Counted from the stretch's first letter, positions 23,301 through 36,802 are shown. The stretch is DNA of 64,000 nucleotides from Leucoraja erinacea (GCF_028641065.1 NC_073402.1:22382001-22446000); one strand, 5' to 3'. A program made the numbers and translations. The notes: generated by a model not told the origin, from the sequence alone.

Positions 23301-23882
23301 TTCTAAGTCTTCTAAAAGGGTGTCATTTAATTTCTAGTTTTCTTTCTGAGTACATGACACCTTGCAGTTTTACATTGAATTTCATCTGTCAGATGTTCAC
23401 TACTCAATCAGCCCAAAAGGTCACTTAATGGGTCCACAGGTAACAAGTGACCTGCTGGTTCATTTGTTTCAGCCACCGACAGAGGTTTGTGTAATTGTTG
23501 CACTCGGAGTCCGTGAATATGACACAAAACTAATCTAGAACGAGTGGTGATGAGGATGCAGAGATACTTCATGCGATGTAGACAGGCAGGGAGTGGGCTA
23601 CAACATGTCAGAGCTCAGTGTTGACAATTGTGCTAAAAAAAATCACAGAAATGCTGAGGATTTTTGATATGGTGAGTGATTGGGAAATGTCAGTGTTCAA
23701 AGTGACCAGGATATCCTTGATCAAAAGATACTACTAACTATCACTTGGTGGCTGCAGGCAGTTATCTGTGTCCACTGCAGAATACTAGAAATAGACTCTT
23801 GTTTTATACCAAGGTCTCCCTCCTCTGTACTGTGTGGAATGACCATTGTGCTGTGTGGGATAGATTGCTAACATAACATTAG

Positions 23883-24200
23883 AGTGGCACAGAGGTGCAG
23901 CTGGTAGAGCTGCAGCCTCAGCGCCAGAGGCCAGCAGGTTGGATCCTGACCTCGGATACTCTCTGTGTGGAGTTTGCACGTTCTTCCTGTGACAGTATGG
24001 GTTTACTCCCTGTGCTCAGGTTTCTTCCCATATCCCAAAGAAGTCCAGGTTTGTAGGTTAATTGGCCTCTGTAACATTGCCTTTGGTGTGCAGGGAGTGG
24101 ATGTGAAAGTGGAATAACATGAAAACAGTGTGATCAATGGTCAGGGTGTTGTTGTTGGGATAAAGGGTCTGGTTCTATGCTGTATCTTTCAATCAGTTCA
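23883..24200 (+). mobile_element. V-SINE (HE1-like)
   Basis: tRNA-like head plus V-domain. Confidence 0.8.
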
Positions 24201-25074
24201 ATCAATAACCTGCAACTCAAAGGTGAACATTCATGACAAAATCTGGGCCTTCAGCAAGACTACAAACATTCCTCCACAATCAGCAGCCCCCTATCCTGGC
24301 ACAACCCTTGAACTGTTGTTGCTATTGTGCTAGAGAAATAACCCCATTCAATGAATAGTTCAGAAAGCCATCACATGAGAAAAACGCACACAAGTAGGCT
24401 ACTTGACCTCCTCTTTGCTTTGTCATTCAATACGATTGTGGCTAATATTTTATATGGTTGCCACTTTGTACATTAACCCCATATCTCATGGCTCTGGTAA
24501 TGTCTAAATAGCTCTTCGTTGAATATAAGTAATCAAACATCCATAGTCGTCTTTGGTGGAGAATTTCAAAGATTTGGTATCCTCTGCAGGAAAAAAAGTT
24601 ATTTTCATCCCTCAGCTGAATGACCACCCTTTGTAACGGGATGCCAACCTGCTTGAGCTGTACCAGAAGGTTACATGGAGGCTGAACAGCCAAGGCTGTT
24701 TGCAATGCACAGCATGTGATCCCACACATAATGCATCAGATCGAAGCTCTGCTGTCTTGCTACATTTAGTCATGAGTGTATGTGGATAATAAAACAGTTA
24801 ACAGGAGGCTTTGAAAACATCCCCTCTTCAGTAATGGTGGGGAATCAGCATATGTGCCAAAGGCAAAGCTAAAGCATTTGTAGCCATTTTCAATCGATAG
24901 TGCTGGATGGAGGGTCTACTGTGACTTCCTCTGTTCATTCCTGTCAATCTGGAAGTCAGGGTGGACACAGAATGCTGGGAGTAACTAAGCGGGTGAGGCA
25001 GCATCCCTGGAGAGAAAGAATGGGCGACGTTTTGGGTCGAGACCCTTCATCAGACTGGTGATCGCATTTATTTA

Positions 25075-25455
25075 TCGCAGTCGCTGCCTCAAAAAGGCTG
25101 GCAATATCATCAAAGACCCACACCATCCTGGCCACACACTCATCTCCATGCTTGCTACCTTCAGGTAGAAGGTACAGGAGCCTGAAGACTGCAACAACCA
25201 GGTTCAGGAATAGCTACTTCCCCACAGCCATCAGGCTATTAAACCTGGCTCGGATTAAACTCTGATTATTAATAACCACTTTCTGCTATTTGCACTTTAT
25301 CAGTTTATTTATTCATGTGTGTATATATTTATATCATGGTATATGGACACATTTATCTGTTTTGTAGTAAATGCCTACTATTTTCTGTGTGCTTAAGCAA
25401 AGCAAGAATTTCATTGTCCTATCAGGGACACATGACAATAAACTCACTTGAACTT
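25075..25455 (+). mobile_element. Rex1/L2-like LINE 3' end
   Basis: IIKDPHHPGHTL..LPSGRRYRSLKTATTRFRNSYFPTAIRLLN; ends in ACAATAAAC plus short repeats. Confidence 0.75.
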
Positions 25456-25469
25456 GATCCAGAAGTCAG

Positions 25470-25745
25470 GTTAGTTTAGATTAAATTAGAGATACAACAT
25501 GGAAAAGCCCTTCGACCCACTGACTGAGTCTGTGCCGACCAGCAATCACCCATACACTAGTTCTACCCTACACGCTTGGGACAATATACCAAAGCCAATT
25601 AACTAATAAACCTGCATATCTTTGGAACTTGGGAGGAAACTGGAGCACCCGGAGAAAATCCATGTGGACACTGGGAGAATGGACAAACTCTGTATGGACA
25701 GCACCCTTTGTCAGGATCAAACTCGGACTCTGTAAGGCTGTAACT
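25470..25745 (-). mobile_element. V-SINE 3' part
   Basis: Reverse complement of V-domain and tail. Confidence 0.7.
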
Positions 25746-25765
25746 TCTCCGCTGAACCAAGATGT

Positions 25766-26058
25766 TCCAGAACAAGGGGTCACAGTTTAAGGATAAGAGG
25801 GAAGTATTTTAGGACCGAGATGAGAAAATCATATTTTACACTGAGAGTGGTGAATCTGTGGAATTCTCTGCCACAGAAGATAGTTGAGGCCAGTTCATTG
25901 GCTGGATTTAAGAGGGAGTTAGATGTGGCCCTTGTGGCTAAAGGGATCAGGGGGTATGGAGGGAAGGCAGGTATGGGATATTGATTTGGATGATCATATT
26001 GAATGGCGGTGCAGGCTCGAAGGGCCGAATGGCCTACTCCTGCACCTAGTTTCTATGC
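25766..26058 (+). mobile_element. CR1 LINE 3' fragment (family A)
   Basis: Same sequence family as 18935-19274. Confidence 0.85.
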
Positions 26059-26610
26059 TGCCCTGGTCTTTAACCACTTTGTTTCATGCCGTGTAATATT
26101 AACAGATAGTTGTGACTATGAAACAATACACTATTCTGTCGAGGCATGAAGACGTGTGCTCCAGATATAGCAGTGTGCCTATTCAGGTTACCACAATGGC
26201 ACTGATAATTGCTCATGTATATCCTGACCACAAAAAAAAAGCACCAAATCAGTTTAGCTAAATATGATCAGTCTACTGCTAATCTTCAACCACGGGATGG
26301 AAGATGCTTTCGCTAACTCTGCTATTGAGTGGCCAGTAACCAGCCTGCCAATGCTCCGATTGGGGCTTTGCCAAAACCATTCACTCTGGACCTCTGTAGA
26401 GCCTTTTATCTGAATGTGGGCAAATGAACCGAATGCAATAAATCAGGCAAGAGAAACTGTCTTGACGTCAAGGCAAGGTTTGAATGGACACATTGCCAGT
26501 GAGTCTTGGTGAAATTGGGCATTAAGGGGAATGCTGTCTGTAACTCTTGCCGTTCCTCGCACGGTGGAAGATGTTTGTGGCTCTGGAGATCAGTGTCTCA
26601 ACTCCAGTAT

Positions 26611-26788
26611 AGATAGACACAAAATGCTAGAGTAACTCAGCGGGTCAGGCAGCAAGGAATAGGTGACATTTCAGATCTGACCTTCAGTCTGAAGAAGGGT
26701 TCCGATCCGAGATAACCCGCTGAGTTACTCCAGCATTTTGTGTCTATCTACGGTGTAAACCAGCATCTGCAGTTCCTTCCTACACATA
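26611..26788. repeat. Penelope-derived fold-back element with 13-bp TSD
   Basis: TCAA(C/T)TCCAGTAT at 26598-26610 and 26789-26801. Confidence 0.75.
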
Positions 26789-27075
26789 TCAATTCCAGTA
26801 TGTTGTTCTTCCTCAGGACAGTATCTGCAGCCCTTTTATCATCAGCTGCTTCCTCTATGATTCTTCCATTGTAAGGGGTTGGACACGTAACCCCAGCTAC
26901 AGGAGCCAGTGGGAGGCAGGGATGTTCTGTGGTGACTGATTCACCTCCTTGCCACAAAGCATTTTAACTACAGTACCTACAAGGCACAAGTCAAACAATG
27001 TTTGTCCAACAGTTGCTTCCCAACTGTTATCAAGCAACTGAAGTATCCTATCACCAACTGGAGACCGGTCCTGAC

Positions 27076-27655
27076 CAAAGATTATAGAGCAGAGCAAGAT
27101 GCGCCACTCTGCGAAAAAAGCGTAGTATGACATGACGCCATTTTATTGAGCTACAATTTACAATAATATTAACTAAATATATGAAGTGATAGATGTTATA
27201 TAAAACACTGTTCCCTACAAAACTGATTACACCAAAGATGATAGAGCAGATCAATCTTTGGAACGGATGACACCAAAGATACTAGAGGAGCATTGCCTGC
27301 CCGCTGCCTCGGGAGCGTCGACCGCGGGCAGACGCTTGAGGCTCTCCCGCCGGACAGAGAGACTGGTGCCGGCCGCCTTGATCTGGTATCGGGGGGGCCG
27401 AGAATCAGTCCTGGATCAACTCGGGAGTGGAGGAAACGTCCTCTTCCCCCAAAGATACTAGAGGAGCCTCTAGTATCTTTGCTCTTCCCTGCGACCTGAG
27501 CATAGAGCAGATTGTACAACTGTGGAGTTCGTCCCCGCTACCAAAGATGTCGCGTTTGGCATCAACAAATGGTGGCCGTGACGTTCCGTTACGTACTACA
27601 CGTCAGTCCATTGGATTTCGGAGGAGTGGTCTATCTTGCTCCTCTAGGATCTTTG
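27076..27655. mobile_element. Non-autonomous DNA transposon, probably P-element superfamily, with nested termini
   Basis: 8-bp TSD GTCCTGAC (27068-27075, 27656-27663); imperfect TIRs CAAAGAT-NN-TAGAG-(CA)-GAGCAAGAT; internal TIR copies at 27233, 27274 and 27450-27481. Confidence 0.75.
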
Positions 27656-29640
27656 GTCCTGACCTACCATCTACCTCTTTGGAGACCCTTAGACTATCTT
27701 TAATCAGACTTGAATGAACTTTATCTTGCACTCGTTATCCTGTATCTGTACACTGTGGATGACTTCATTGCAATCGTGTATAGTCTTTCTGTTGACTGGA
27801 TAACAACAATAAATGCTTTTCACTGTACCTCAGTATACGTGACTATAATAAACTAAACTATATAGTCTATATTGTCCTCTTGCCTGGATTTGTGCTGCTC
27901 CAAAAATACTCCGGAAGTTTGTTAGGATCCAGAATGAAGCAGCCTGTTGGAATGGCTGCCTATCTGATAATAATGTTCAAACTCCACCACTGGTGCACTG
28001 TGGCTGTAGTACACAACATTTACAATTATTAAGGACAGCGTCTCTCCAAATCTCTCACCATCCTGATTTTAAAAATGCATTGGTGCTTTTTCATCACGGG
28101 ATCTAAATCTTGGAACTTGTCAAAGGCGATTATAGTCAGGCCCTAGTTTGTCAGCAATGATCTCGTTCCCACACAGTGAATGAAAACAAGGCTATTGTAT
28201 CACACATTTTCACATCATCTGCATTCATCCCCTTTGTTACCTTATCAAAGCAATTAATTATTTAAAAAAACATAAGAGAACTAGGAGTAGGCCCCTCGGC
28301 CCCTTTGTTCCTGCTCTGCCATTCAATAAGGTTACAGCTGATCCTTTAACTTGGTGCCACGTTTCTGTACAACATCCTTGATCATCTTAAAAACGAAAGA
28401 TCTTTGTATCTCTTCCTCGAATACCTTCTGTGATTGAGCCTCCACTGCCTTCCTGGGTAGTGACGTCCAAGGATTGATCACCATCTACCTGAAGAAAGTT
28501 CTCCTTATCACTGTCCTTAATGGCCAAACTCTTAGTTTTGAGGCTGTGATTCCTGAGGCAGGAGAAATGTCAGCTCCATATTTACCTGATCAAGTCCCAT
28601 AATAATTCTGCAACTTCCATTTCTTACACTAAACTGAAAGTATAGGTCCACTCGGCCTAATCAGTTTGATTTGTTTTTTTTTTTATTATTGTCATGTGTA
28701 CCATGGTACGGTAAATCACTTTGTTTTGTTTGTCAGTCAGCTGAAGCAAACCTTACCTTAGTACAACAGATCATGCAAAAGAGAAAATAAACAGGGAAGA
28801 ATATAGTGTTGCAGCTACAGAGAAAGTGCAGATTGAAAAAAGTACAAAGGCCACAAGCGGTAGATTGGAAGATCGGGAAATTATCTCTATCAAATGAGAG
28901 GTTGATTCAAGAGTTTGATAGCAGCAGGGTAGAAGCTGTTCTTGAATTTGATAATATGTGGTTTGAAGCTTTTGTACTTCCTGTCTGATGGGAGCGGGGA
29001 GGAGAAAAGAACAAGGGTGTGAGTGGTTTCTGCAGGCTGCTTTCCCGAGGCAGCATGAAGTCGATGGTAGGGAGGCTGGCGTGCAATGGATTGGACTGTG
29101 TTCATGACTCTCTGCAATTACTTGCGATCATGGGCAGAGCAGTTGCGCATCTGACACAGAAGTGCATCTCTCTGTTCAAGAGTCTGATAATGGTGGGGGT
29201 GGGGAATCTTGAATCTGGTGATACCAGCTTTCAAGCTTTTGTATCCTCTGCCTGATGGGAGAGGGGAGAAGAGAGAGTGACTGAGTGTGAGAGGTCCTTG
29301 ATTCTGTTGGCTGTATATAATGGAGTAATGTTGCATTTCAGTGCTGATTCCATTAGTGCTTTCACTCATGGGAACACCTGCTGAACTTTGAGTGAAGTAC
29401 TGCACAGTGTTCCAGATGTGATTTTACCAGGGCTCTGTACATTTGAGCAAGACTTCTCATCCAGGATCTAAAACCTCATGTTTTAAAAATCAATGCCAAC
29501 GTTTGTCACTAACATGAGTGAGTTCAGCCTCTTGCCATTTCCTAGCCCAAGGTCACTATTCTCCTGAGGCTCTCTACCATGCTCACATGTGCACCCTGTA
29601 CATATCCCCCGAGCTTGCATTTTCTTGTTGCAAAATTGGG

Positions 29641-29928
29641 CTGCACAGTGGCACAGCGGTAGGATTGGTGCATTGAAGCGCCAGAGACCAGGGTTCGATC
29701 CTGACTACGGGTGCTGTCAGTACAGAGTTTATACGTTCTCCCTGTGATCCCGTGGGTTCCCTGGATTCCTCCCGCTTTCCAAAGACGTGCAGGTTTGTAG
29801 GTTAATTGGCTTCTGTAAATTGTCCCCAGTGTGTACGATAGAATATACTAATATACGGGGTGATCGTTGGTTGGCATGGATTCAGTGGGGTCTGTTTCCA
29901 CACTGTATCTCTAAACTAAACTAAACTA
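29641..29928 (+). mobile_element. V-SINE (HE1-like)
   Basis: A/B boxes (TGGCACAGCGG; GGTTCGATCC), V-domain, CTAAA repeat tail. Confidence 0.85.
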
Positions 29929-31699
29929 AAAATCACCCAGATTCTGGGCAAAGAAACAGTTGACAGAGCATCTAACAGAAGGAGGGTGGTGGACAGACTG
30001 GTTTTGGGAGGAATTTCCAGATCATTGGCCCTGTAGTAGTTGAAAACATGATTACTAATGATAGAGCAAGGAATCCACATATCTCACAGTCAGGTTTGTT
30101 GTCTGTCATTCCTACGCCAACTCGCAATGTAAATGCTTCACTCTACTGAAGTACTGCACCCTTCCCAATAAAGCTGCCCTGGAAGTAGCAAAGGATAGTC
30201 ACACCAACACATGATCCAACACTCCTTCTACGAGCTTGGAGTAAATAAGCAGGTCAGGCAGCATCTCTGGAGAACATGGATAGGTGACGTTTTGGGTCGC
30301 AACCCTTCTTCGGACTGGTTTGCTTGGGACACCCCGACCCGAAACGTCACTTATCCATGTCCTCCAGAGATGCTGCGTGGCTCCCTGAACTATTCCAGCA
30401 CTTTGTGTCTTTTTTGCAACCCAGCATCTGCAGTTCCTTGTATTCCCATCTTTCCTCCCTTTTTTTATTGCTTGATTCCTTTCCAGTTATGGGTTCCTCT
30501 CTGAGAGAGCATCAGAGCCCATTGAATCCATGCCAAAACGATCACCCCATATATTAGTATATTCTATCGTACACACTGGGGACAATTTACAGAAGCCAAT
30601 TAACCTCAAACCTGCACGCCTTTATCAAAATCAGTCATCTCATGCCCATGCCGACCACAATTTCCCATCTACACCCATCCCATCTGCCCGCATTTGGCCC
30701 ATATTCATCTAAACTTTTCCTATCCATGTATCTGTCCAAATTACTTTTAAATGGTGTAATAGTACATGCCTCAAATACCCCCCCTGACATCTCATTCTAT
30801 ATACTGTGTGAAAAAATTGCCCCTCAGATTCCTATTAAATCTTTCCCTTCTCACCTTAAACGTATGTCCTCTGGATTTGGATTTCCCCTACTCTGGGTAA
30901 AATAAAACTCTGTGTATTCACCCATCTACCCCCCTCATAATTTCATGCCCAAACACCATTAGATTGAGAAGGTGTTGCATCACAGTTCTTGCCCTATCAA
31001 TTACCTCCCAAATTCTCTGAAGCCCTTGTTCCCAGATCCCTTCTATTTCTCAGTTGCCACAGTCAGCCAACTGACGATGGCCCATTTAACTTTTCTATCT
31101 ACGCCTTGCCATCCTCGCACTTGATTATTCAGTTTCCTGGTCTATTTCCTCTCTTCAGGTCTCCATCACTTCCTACCCCCACCTGACATCTATCCGTTGC
31201 AGATCTGTCAGGGCAATATATTTAATCTTCAACCTTGACAGAGTTACAGTGTACAGAAACGGGCCTTTGACGCACCATGTCATGTTAGCCATCAAATACT
31301 CATCTATATTAATCCCACTCAACAGCTCTTGTTACGTAAATGTTTTTCCGATCAACCAATTATTTTGGTGTTCCCAGTCTAACCTCATCTTGAGTCCTTT
31401 GTACTTGTTTAATTGTTTAGGGATACAGCGTGAAAACGGGCCCTACGGACCACCAAGACTAACAATCACTTGTACACTAGTTCTATGTTATCCAAGTTTT
31501 GCATCCTACACACCAGGGGAAATTTACAGAAGCCAATTAACCTACAAATCTGCAGGTCTTTGCACACTTTTATCTTATCTTTTGTTTTACCTCAATTTTA
31601 TCCTTAGAATATCATTGCTGAGGTGACCCGTTGTCTTGTCAAAAAAATGTAATTGTACCGTTGACCCTGTGTTAACCTACAAATGACAAATAAAAGTGA

Positions 31700-31855
31700 A
31701 CTGAGTGTGGAGGGGAAACCAGAGCACCAGGAGAAAACCCACGAGGTCACAGAGAGAAAGTACAAACTCTGCACAGACAACACCTGTAGTCAGGATTGAA
31801 CCTGGGTCTCCGGCGCTGTGAGACAGCAACTCTACCGTTGTGCCACTGTGCCACC
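31700..31855 (-). mobile_element. V-SINE 5' part
   Basis: Reverse complement of the tRNA head plus V-domain. Confidence 0.75.
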
Positions 31856-33081
31856 CCTTCTCCAATATTTCTCCTCTTGTGCATCCCTGACTTTCTTTGC
31901 TCCGGGCCTAGGCACTGGAGGTTCCTCCTGAAGCGCTCTCTTCTCTGCTTAACACTCTCCCTCCAGAAAATGCTCCAATATATCATCTTTTTGCCAGAGC
32001 TTTTGTTAAACCTTTGATTTGATTCGCACTGTTGCCTGAACATTACCTCTACAAATCATTTCAGAAATGTTGGAAGGTTATTGGTGTTGCAGAAATGCGA
32101 ATGGCTTTTCAGCAAGATTGGTAAATTATTGCATAAATGACTTGTCTTTTTTTTGTGTCTTCACGTTTTTGTTTGGTAAAACAGCAGATGAGCATTAGAC
32201 TCAACCGCCTGGAGCCCGAATTAGAGCTTAGAATAGATTTAATGCATATTAGTCATCTCAAACTGGTTTGGTGACAAATGCCTGAAGGTATAAAATCATA
32301 TAACCTTGCAGCACAGAAGGTAGATATGCAGTGTATTGTGTTGGGCAGCTTGTCTGTTTTAGATGAACACTGCTTTTTCCTCCATTACCCTCCAAATTCG
32401 TCTCTCCATCCACATGCACAATCAACTCATTGAACTATCATGTGGTATATGCCTCCCCCGTTCTCTTTGGTCATGCAGTTTGGATCTTAAACACCCTGTC
32501 TGAAAGCATTTCTCTGCTTGACTACCTTTTGTCATTTAATTGTGAACCCTGGTAACTGATACTCTGAACAGAGGATACAATTGCACCTTGTGTGTTCCGT
32601 CAAAAGTTTAAATACCTTCAATAGATCTTTCCTGAACCCTTTAGGTAAGCATACGGATATGCAGAGAATGGAGGGATGGGAATCATATTTAGGTAGAAGA
32701 GATTTGTTTGTCATTATACTTGGCACAGACAATGTGGGCTGAAGGGCCTGTTCCTGTGCTGTATTGTCCTATGTTCTTTTCTGAGAACAATCCTTGGTTA
32801 CATAATCTCTCCACACAGCTGTGAATCCTACCAGTCGACTTGTTGCTTCTCAGAACCTTGCTGACCTTAAAATGTGGTCCTTAGATCTGCGCAAGGTCGC
32901 CCAGCTGAAGCCTAACTAATGATCTGCTAAGTTTACCATGACTTCCTTGTTTTTCTGTTGAACAACGTTAATTACAATGCTTCGTGTTTTCAACTTGCCC
33001 TGCCACTTTTAAATGAATTTAACTTTGAAAACATGGGGAGGCAACAACAGGCTTTTTGGGGAGGGTCGTGTTCAGTGACTA

Positions 33082-35112
33082 CAGTGCCCTCTATAATGTT
33101 TGGTACAAAGACCCATCATTTATTTATTTGCCTCTGTACTCCACAATTTGAGATTTGTAATAGAAAAAAATCACTCTTGGTTAAAGTGCACATTGTCAGA
33201 TTTTAATAAAGGCCATTTTTATACATTTTGGTTTCACCATGTGGAAATTACAGCAGTGTTTATACATAGTCCCCCCATTACATAGTCTCCCATAATGTTT
33301 GGGACACAGCAATGTCATGTAAATGAAAGTAGTCATGTTTAGTATTTTGTTGCATATCTTTTGCATACAATGACTGCTTGAAGTCTGTGATTCATGGACA
33401 TCACCAGTTGCCAAATGGAAGGAATTTAGTGTTCAACTTCTCTGGGCTTTCCATGCTCGCTGTCAATGTTGACAGCGTGCTAGATTAGTGCCTGTATTGC
33501 AGCCATATAAAAAGCCCAGCTTATAGATAACTTTTACAGTTTATATATATGCCCCATTTAATGTAAAAATAGTCCATACCTTTAATTGTTTTCTCTATAA
33601 GCCCTGGGGTTGAGAGGTCGTCGCGGAATATAAAATTATCATAACTATATTATCGGCATGCTCGCCGACATTGGGAGGGCAGATCGGGTTTTGACTGTAT
33701 TGCAGCCATATTTAGCTTACTTGGCCACTCAAGAATTGACACATCAAGAATTGACCAGCTTTTAGCTTGAAAAACTCCTTTGTTGCTTTAGCAGTATGTT
33801 TGGGGATCATTGTCTTGCTGTAGAATGAACTGCCGGCCAATGAGTTTTGAGGCATTTGTTTGAACTTGAGCAGGTAGGATGTGTCTATACACTTCAGAAT
33901 TCATTATGCTACTACCATCAGCAGTCGTATCATCAATGAAGATAAGTGAGCCAGTACCTTCAGCAGCCATATATGCCCAGGCCATAACACCCCCACCACC
34001 GTGTTTCACAGATGAGGTGGTTTGTTTTGGATCCTGGGCAGGTCCTTCTCTATACTTTGCTCTTGCCATCACTCTGATATGAGTTAATCTTCCTCTCATC
34101 TGTTCACAAGACCTTTTTCCAGAACTGTAGGTAGACAAAAATCCTGGAGAAACTCAGCGGGTGAGGCAGCATCTATGGAGCGTAGGAATAGGTGATGTTT
34201 CGGGTCGAGACTGTTCTTCAGACTGATGTGGGGGGTGGGAAGAAGAAAGGAAGAGGCGGAGACAGTGGGCTGTGGGAGAGCTAGGAAGGGGAAGGAGGGA
34301 GAAAGCAAGGACTATCTGAAATTGGAGAAGTCAATGAAATATAACTGGTTGCTCTTTTAAGTACTTCTTGGCAAACTGTAACCTGGCCATCCTATTTTTG
34401 CAGCTAACCAGTGGTTGCATCTTGCAGTGTAGCCTCTGTATTTTTGTTCATGAAGTCTGCTGACGGTGGTCATTGACAAATCCACACCTGACACCTAAAG
34501 AGTGTTTCTGATCTGTCAGACAGGTGTATGGGGATTTTTCTTTATTATAGAGAGACTTCTTCTGTCATCAGCTGTGGATGACTTCCTTGGCCTGCCAGTT
34601 CCTTTGCGATTAATATGCTCACCAGTGCTCTCTTTCTTCTTAATGATGTTCCAAACAATTGATTTTGATAAGCCTAAGGTTTGGCTGATGTCTTTAACAG
34701 TATTATTCTTGTTTCTCAGTCGAATAATGGATCATTTGACTTTCATTGACACAACTTTGGTCCTCATGTTGATAAACAGCAATAAACATTTCCAAAAGTG
34801 ATGGAAAGACTGGGCGCTGAGAGCTCTTATACCTGCATTAAGGAGGCAATTAAACACACCTGAGTGATTACAAACACCTGTGAAGCCTTGTGTCCCACAC
34901 ATTATGGTGCCCTGAAATGGGGGGGACTATGTATAAACACTGCTGTAATTTCTACATGGTGAAACCAAAATGTATTAAAATACCCTTTAATAAAATCTGA
35001 CAATGTGCAGTTTAACCACATGTGGTTTTGTCTGTACAAATCTCAAATTGTGGAGTACAGAGGCAAATAAATAAATGATGGGTCTTTGTCCCAAACATTA
35101 TGGAGGGCACTG
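33082..35112 (-). mobile_element. Tc1-like transposon relic (IR/DR type), copy 1
   Basis: TA TSD; TIRs of about 225 bp starting CAGTGCCCTC, with internal repeat CATAATGTTTGGGACA; transposase remnants SVKHGGGGVMAW and FILQQDNDP; interrupted by insertions. Confidence 0.92.
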
Positions 35113-35668
35113 TATGTGCCTACGACATGGGTGAATGAAAGCTGCGACAAGTGCCCATAGAATATCACTGGCACAGGTTCTGGGCATCTTCTAAATCTAG
35201 GCTCCATAGCAAAACAAATGCAATTCCCATTCCCCTTCCTCTGTCCTATCCACGCATTCATGTAGCAGACCCGTGCCTCCTCTTAGCCCTGTTTCACCCT
35301 CGCCTCTTTCCCCTCCCCTTTTCCTGTCCTTCTCTGCGCACAGCAAGGGCCTAGTAGGGATCCGGCCATTTATCTGCAGCACTAATTGCACTTTGTCCCG
35401 ATTTGTGTTTCCCAATTGATCCAGTTTTTTTTTTTCCAGTCACTTAAAGTGTCAATGCAGGAGTGGTTATTCCGAGGTCCATAATGTTGAATTCCAACCT
35501 TATGTTGCGAAGAAAGATCAACTGAAATATTAGCTCAATTTCTCTCTCCACACAGGTTGACTGAGCTACAGAGTATATCTGACCTTTTATGTTAAACTCC
35601 ACCATTAGCTACTGCCAATGTTTATTTACATTTCTTACATTGCATGAAGAATGCAGGTGAACAGAGGG

Positions 35669-36328
35669 AATAACTGTGCACAGTTCCCTGAAAGTGGAAT
35701 CTCTTGTAGATAGGGTGGTAAAGAAAGCTTTTGGTGTGCTGGCCTTTATAAATCAGAGCATTGAGTATAGAAGTTGGGATGTAATGATAAAATTGTACAA
35801 GGCATTGGTGAGGCCAATTCTGGAGTATGGTGTACAATTTTGGTCGCCTAATTATAGGAAGGATGTCAACAAAATAGAGAGAGTACAGAGGCGATTTACT
35901 AGAATGTTGCCTGGGTTTCAGCAACTAAGTTACAGAGAAAGGTTGAACAAGTTAGGGCTTTATTCTTTGGAGGTTAAGGAGGGGACTTGTTAGAGGTCTT
36001 TAAAATGATGAGAGGGATAGACAGAGTTGACGTGGATAAGCTTTTCCCACTGAGAGTAGGGAAGATTCAAACAAGGGGACATGACTTGAGAATTAAGGGA
36101 CAGAAGTTTAGGGGTAACATGAGGGGGAACTTCTTTACTCAGAGAGTGGTGGCTGTGTGGAATGAGCTTCCAGTGAAGGTGGTGGAGGCAGGTTATATGG
36201 ACGGGAATGGAGGGTTATGGTCTGAGCGCAGGTATATGGGACTAGGGGAGAATACGTGTTCGGCACGGACTAGAAGGGTCGAGATGGCCTGTTTCCGTGC
36301 TGTAAATTGTTATATGGTTATATGGTTA
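35669..36328 (+). mobile_element. CR1 LINE 3' fragment (family B)
   Basis: VVKKAFGVLAFINQSIEYRSWDVMIKLYKALVRPILEYGVQFWSP..QRRFTRMLPG. Confidence 0.9.
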
Positions 36329-36802
36329 TTTCTTTTTAGCTAACTGCATCCCCTTCAATTCCTACTAGCACATTTATTTGTCAAGCTTGCTCACCGCAGT
36401 TATTGCTTGTGGTTATGAGATGGACATTCGAGCCTTGTAGTTGGTAAAAAGATTCTCTTGGTGGGAAGAGAAGCGATTGCATCTCCTTCAGCTGTAAGGA
36501 ATGTGTTGCCTGACTCCATCTGCTCTGCTTTGACTGTACAGTATCTTATCCAAGGCCATTTAATATTCAAATATATTATCCTAGTCTCACCAACACATAT
36601 GTAGAAAGTTTTCAGAGAATGTTTTCCGAGCATGACCTTCCCATTGCAATCATGCAAACTATATTATCTTTTAAACAATTTTAATGACTGTAAATGTTGG
36701 TGTTTCTGTTCTGGCTCTGTTCCCAGTGATTTGAGAATTGTGCACAATGTAGTTAAGTAACGTTTTTCCTCCTTGTGCCCCACAGATCCTTCAGTCTCAG
36801 CC

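Noticed and set aside
29641-29715. tRNA-like sequences (also about 15023, 23883, 31790)
   Set aside because: They are tRNA-derived heads of V-SINEs continuing directly into the V-domain, not tRNA genes.
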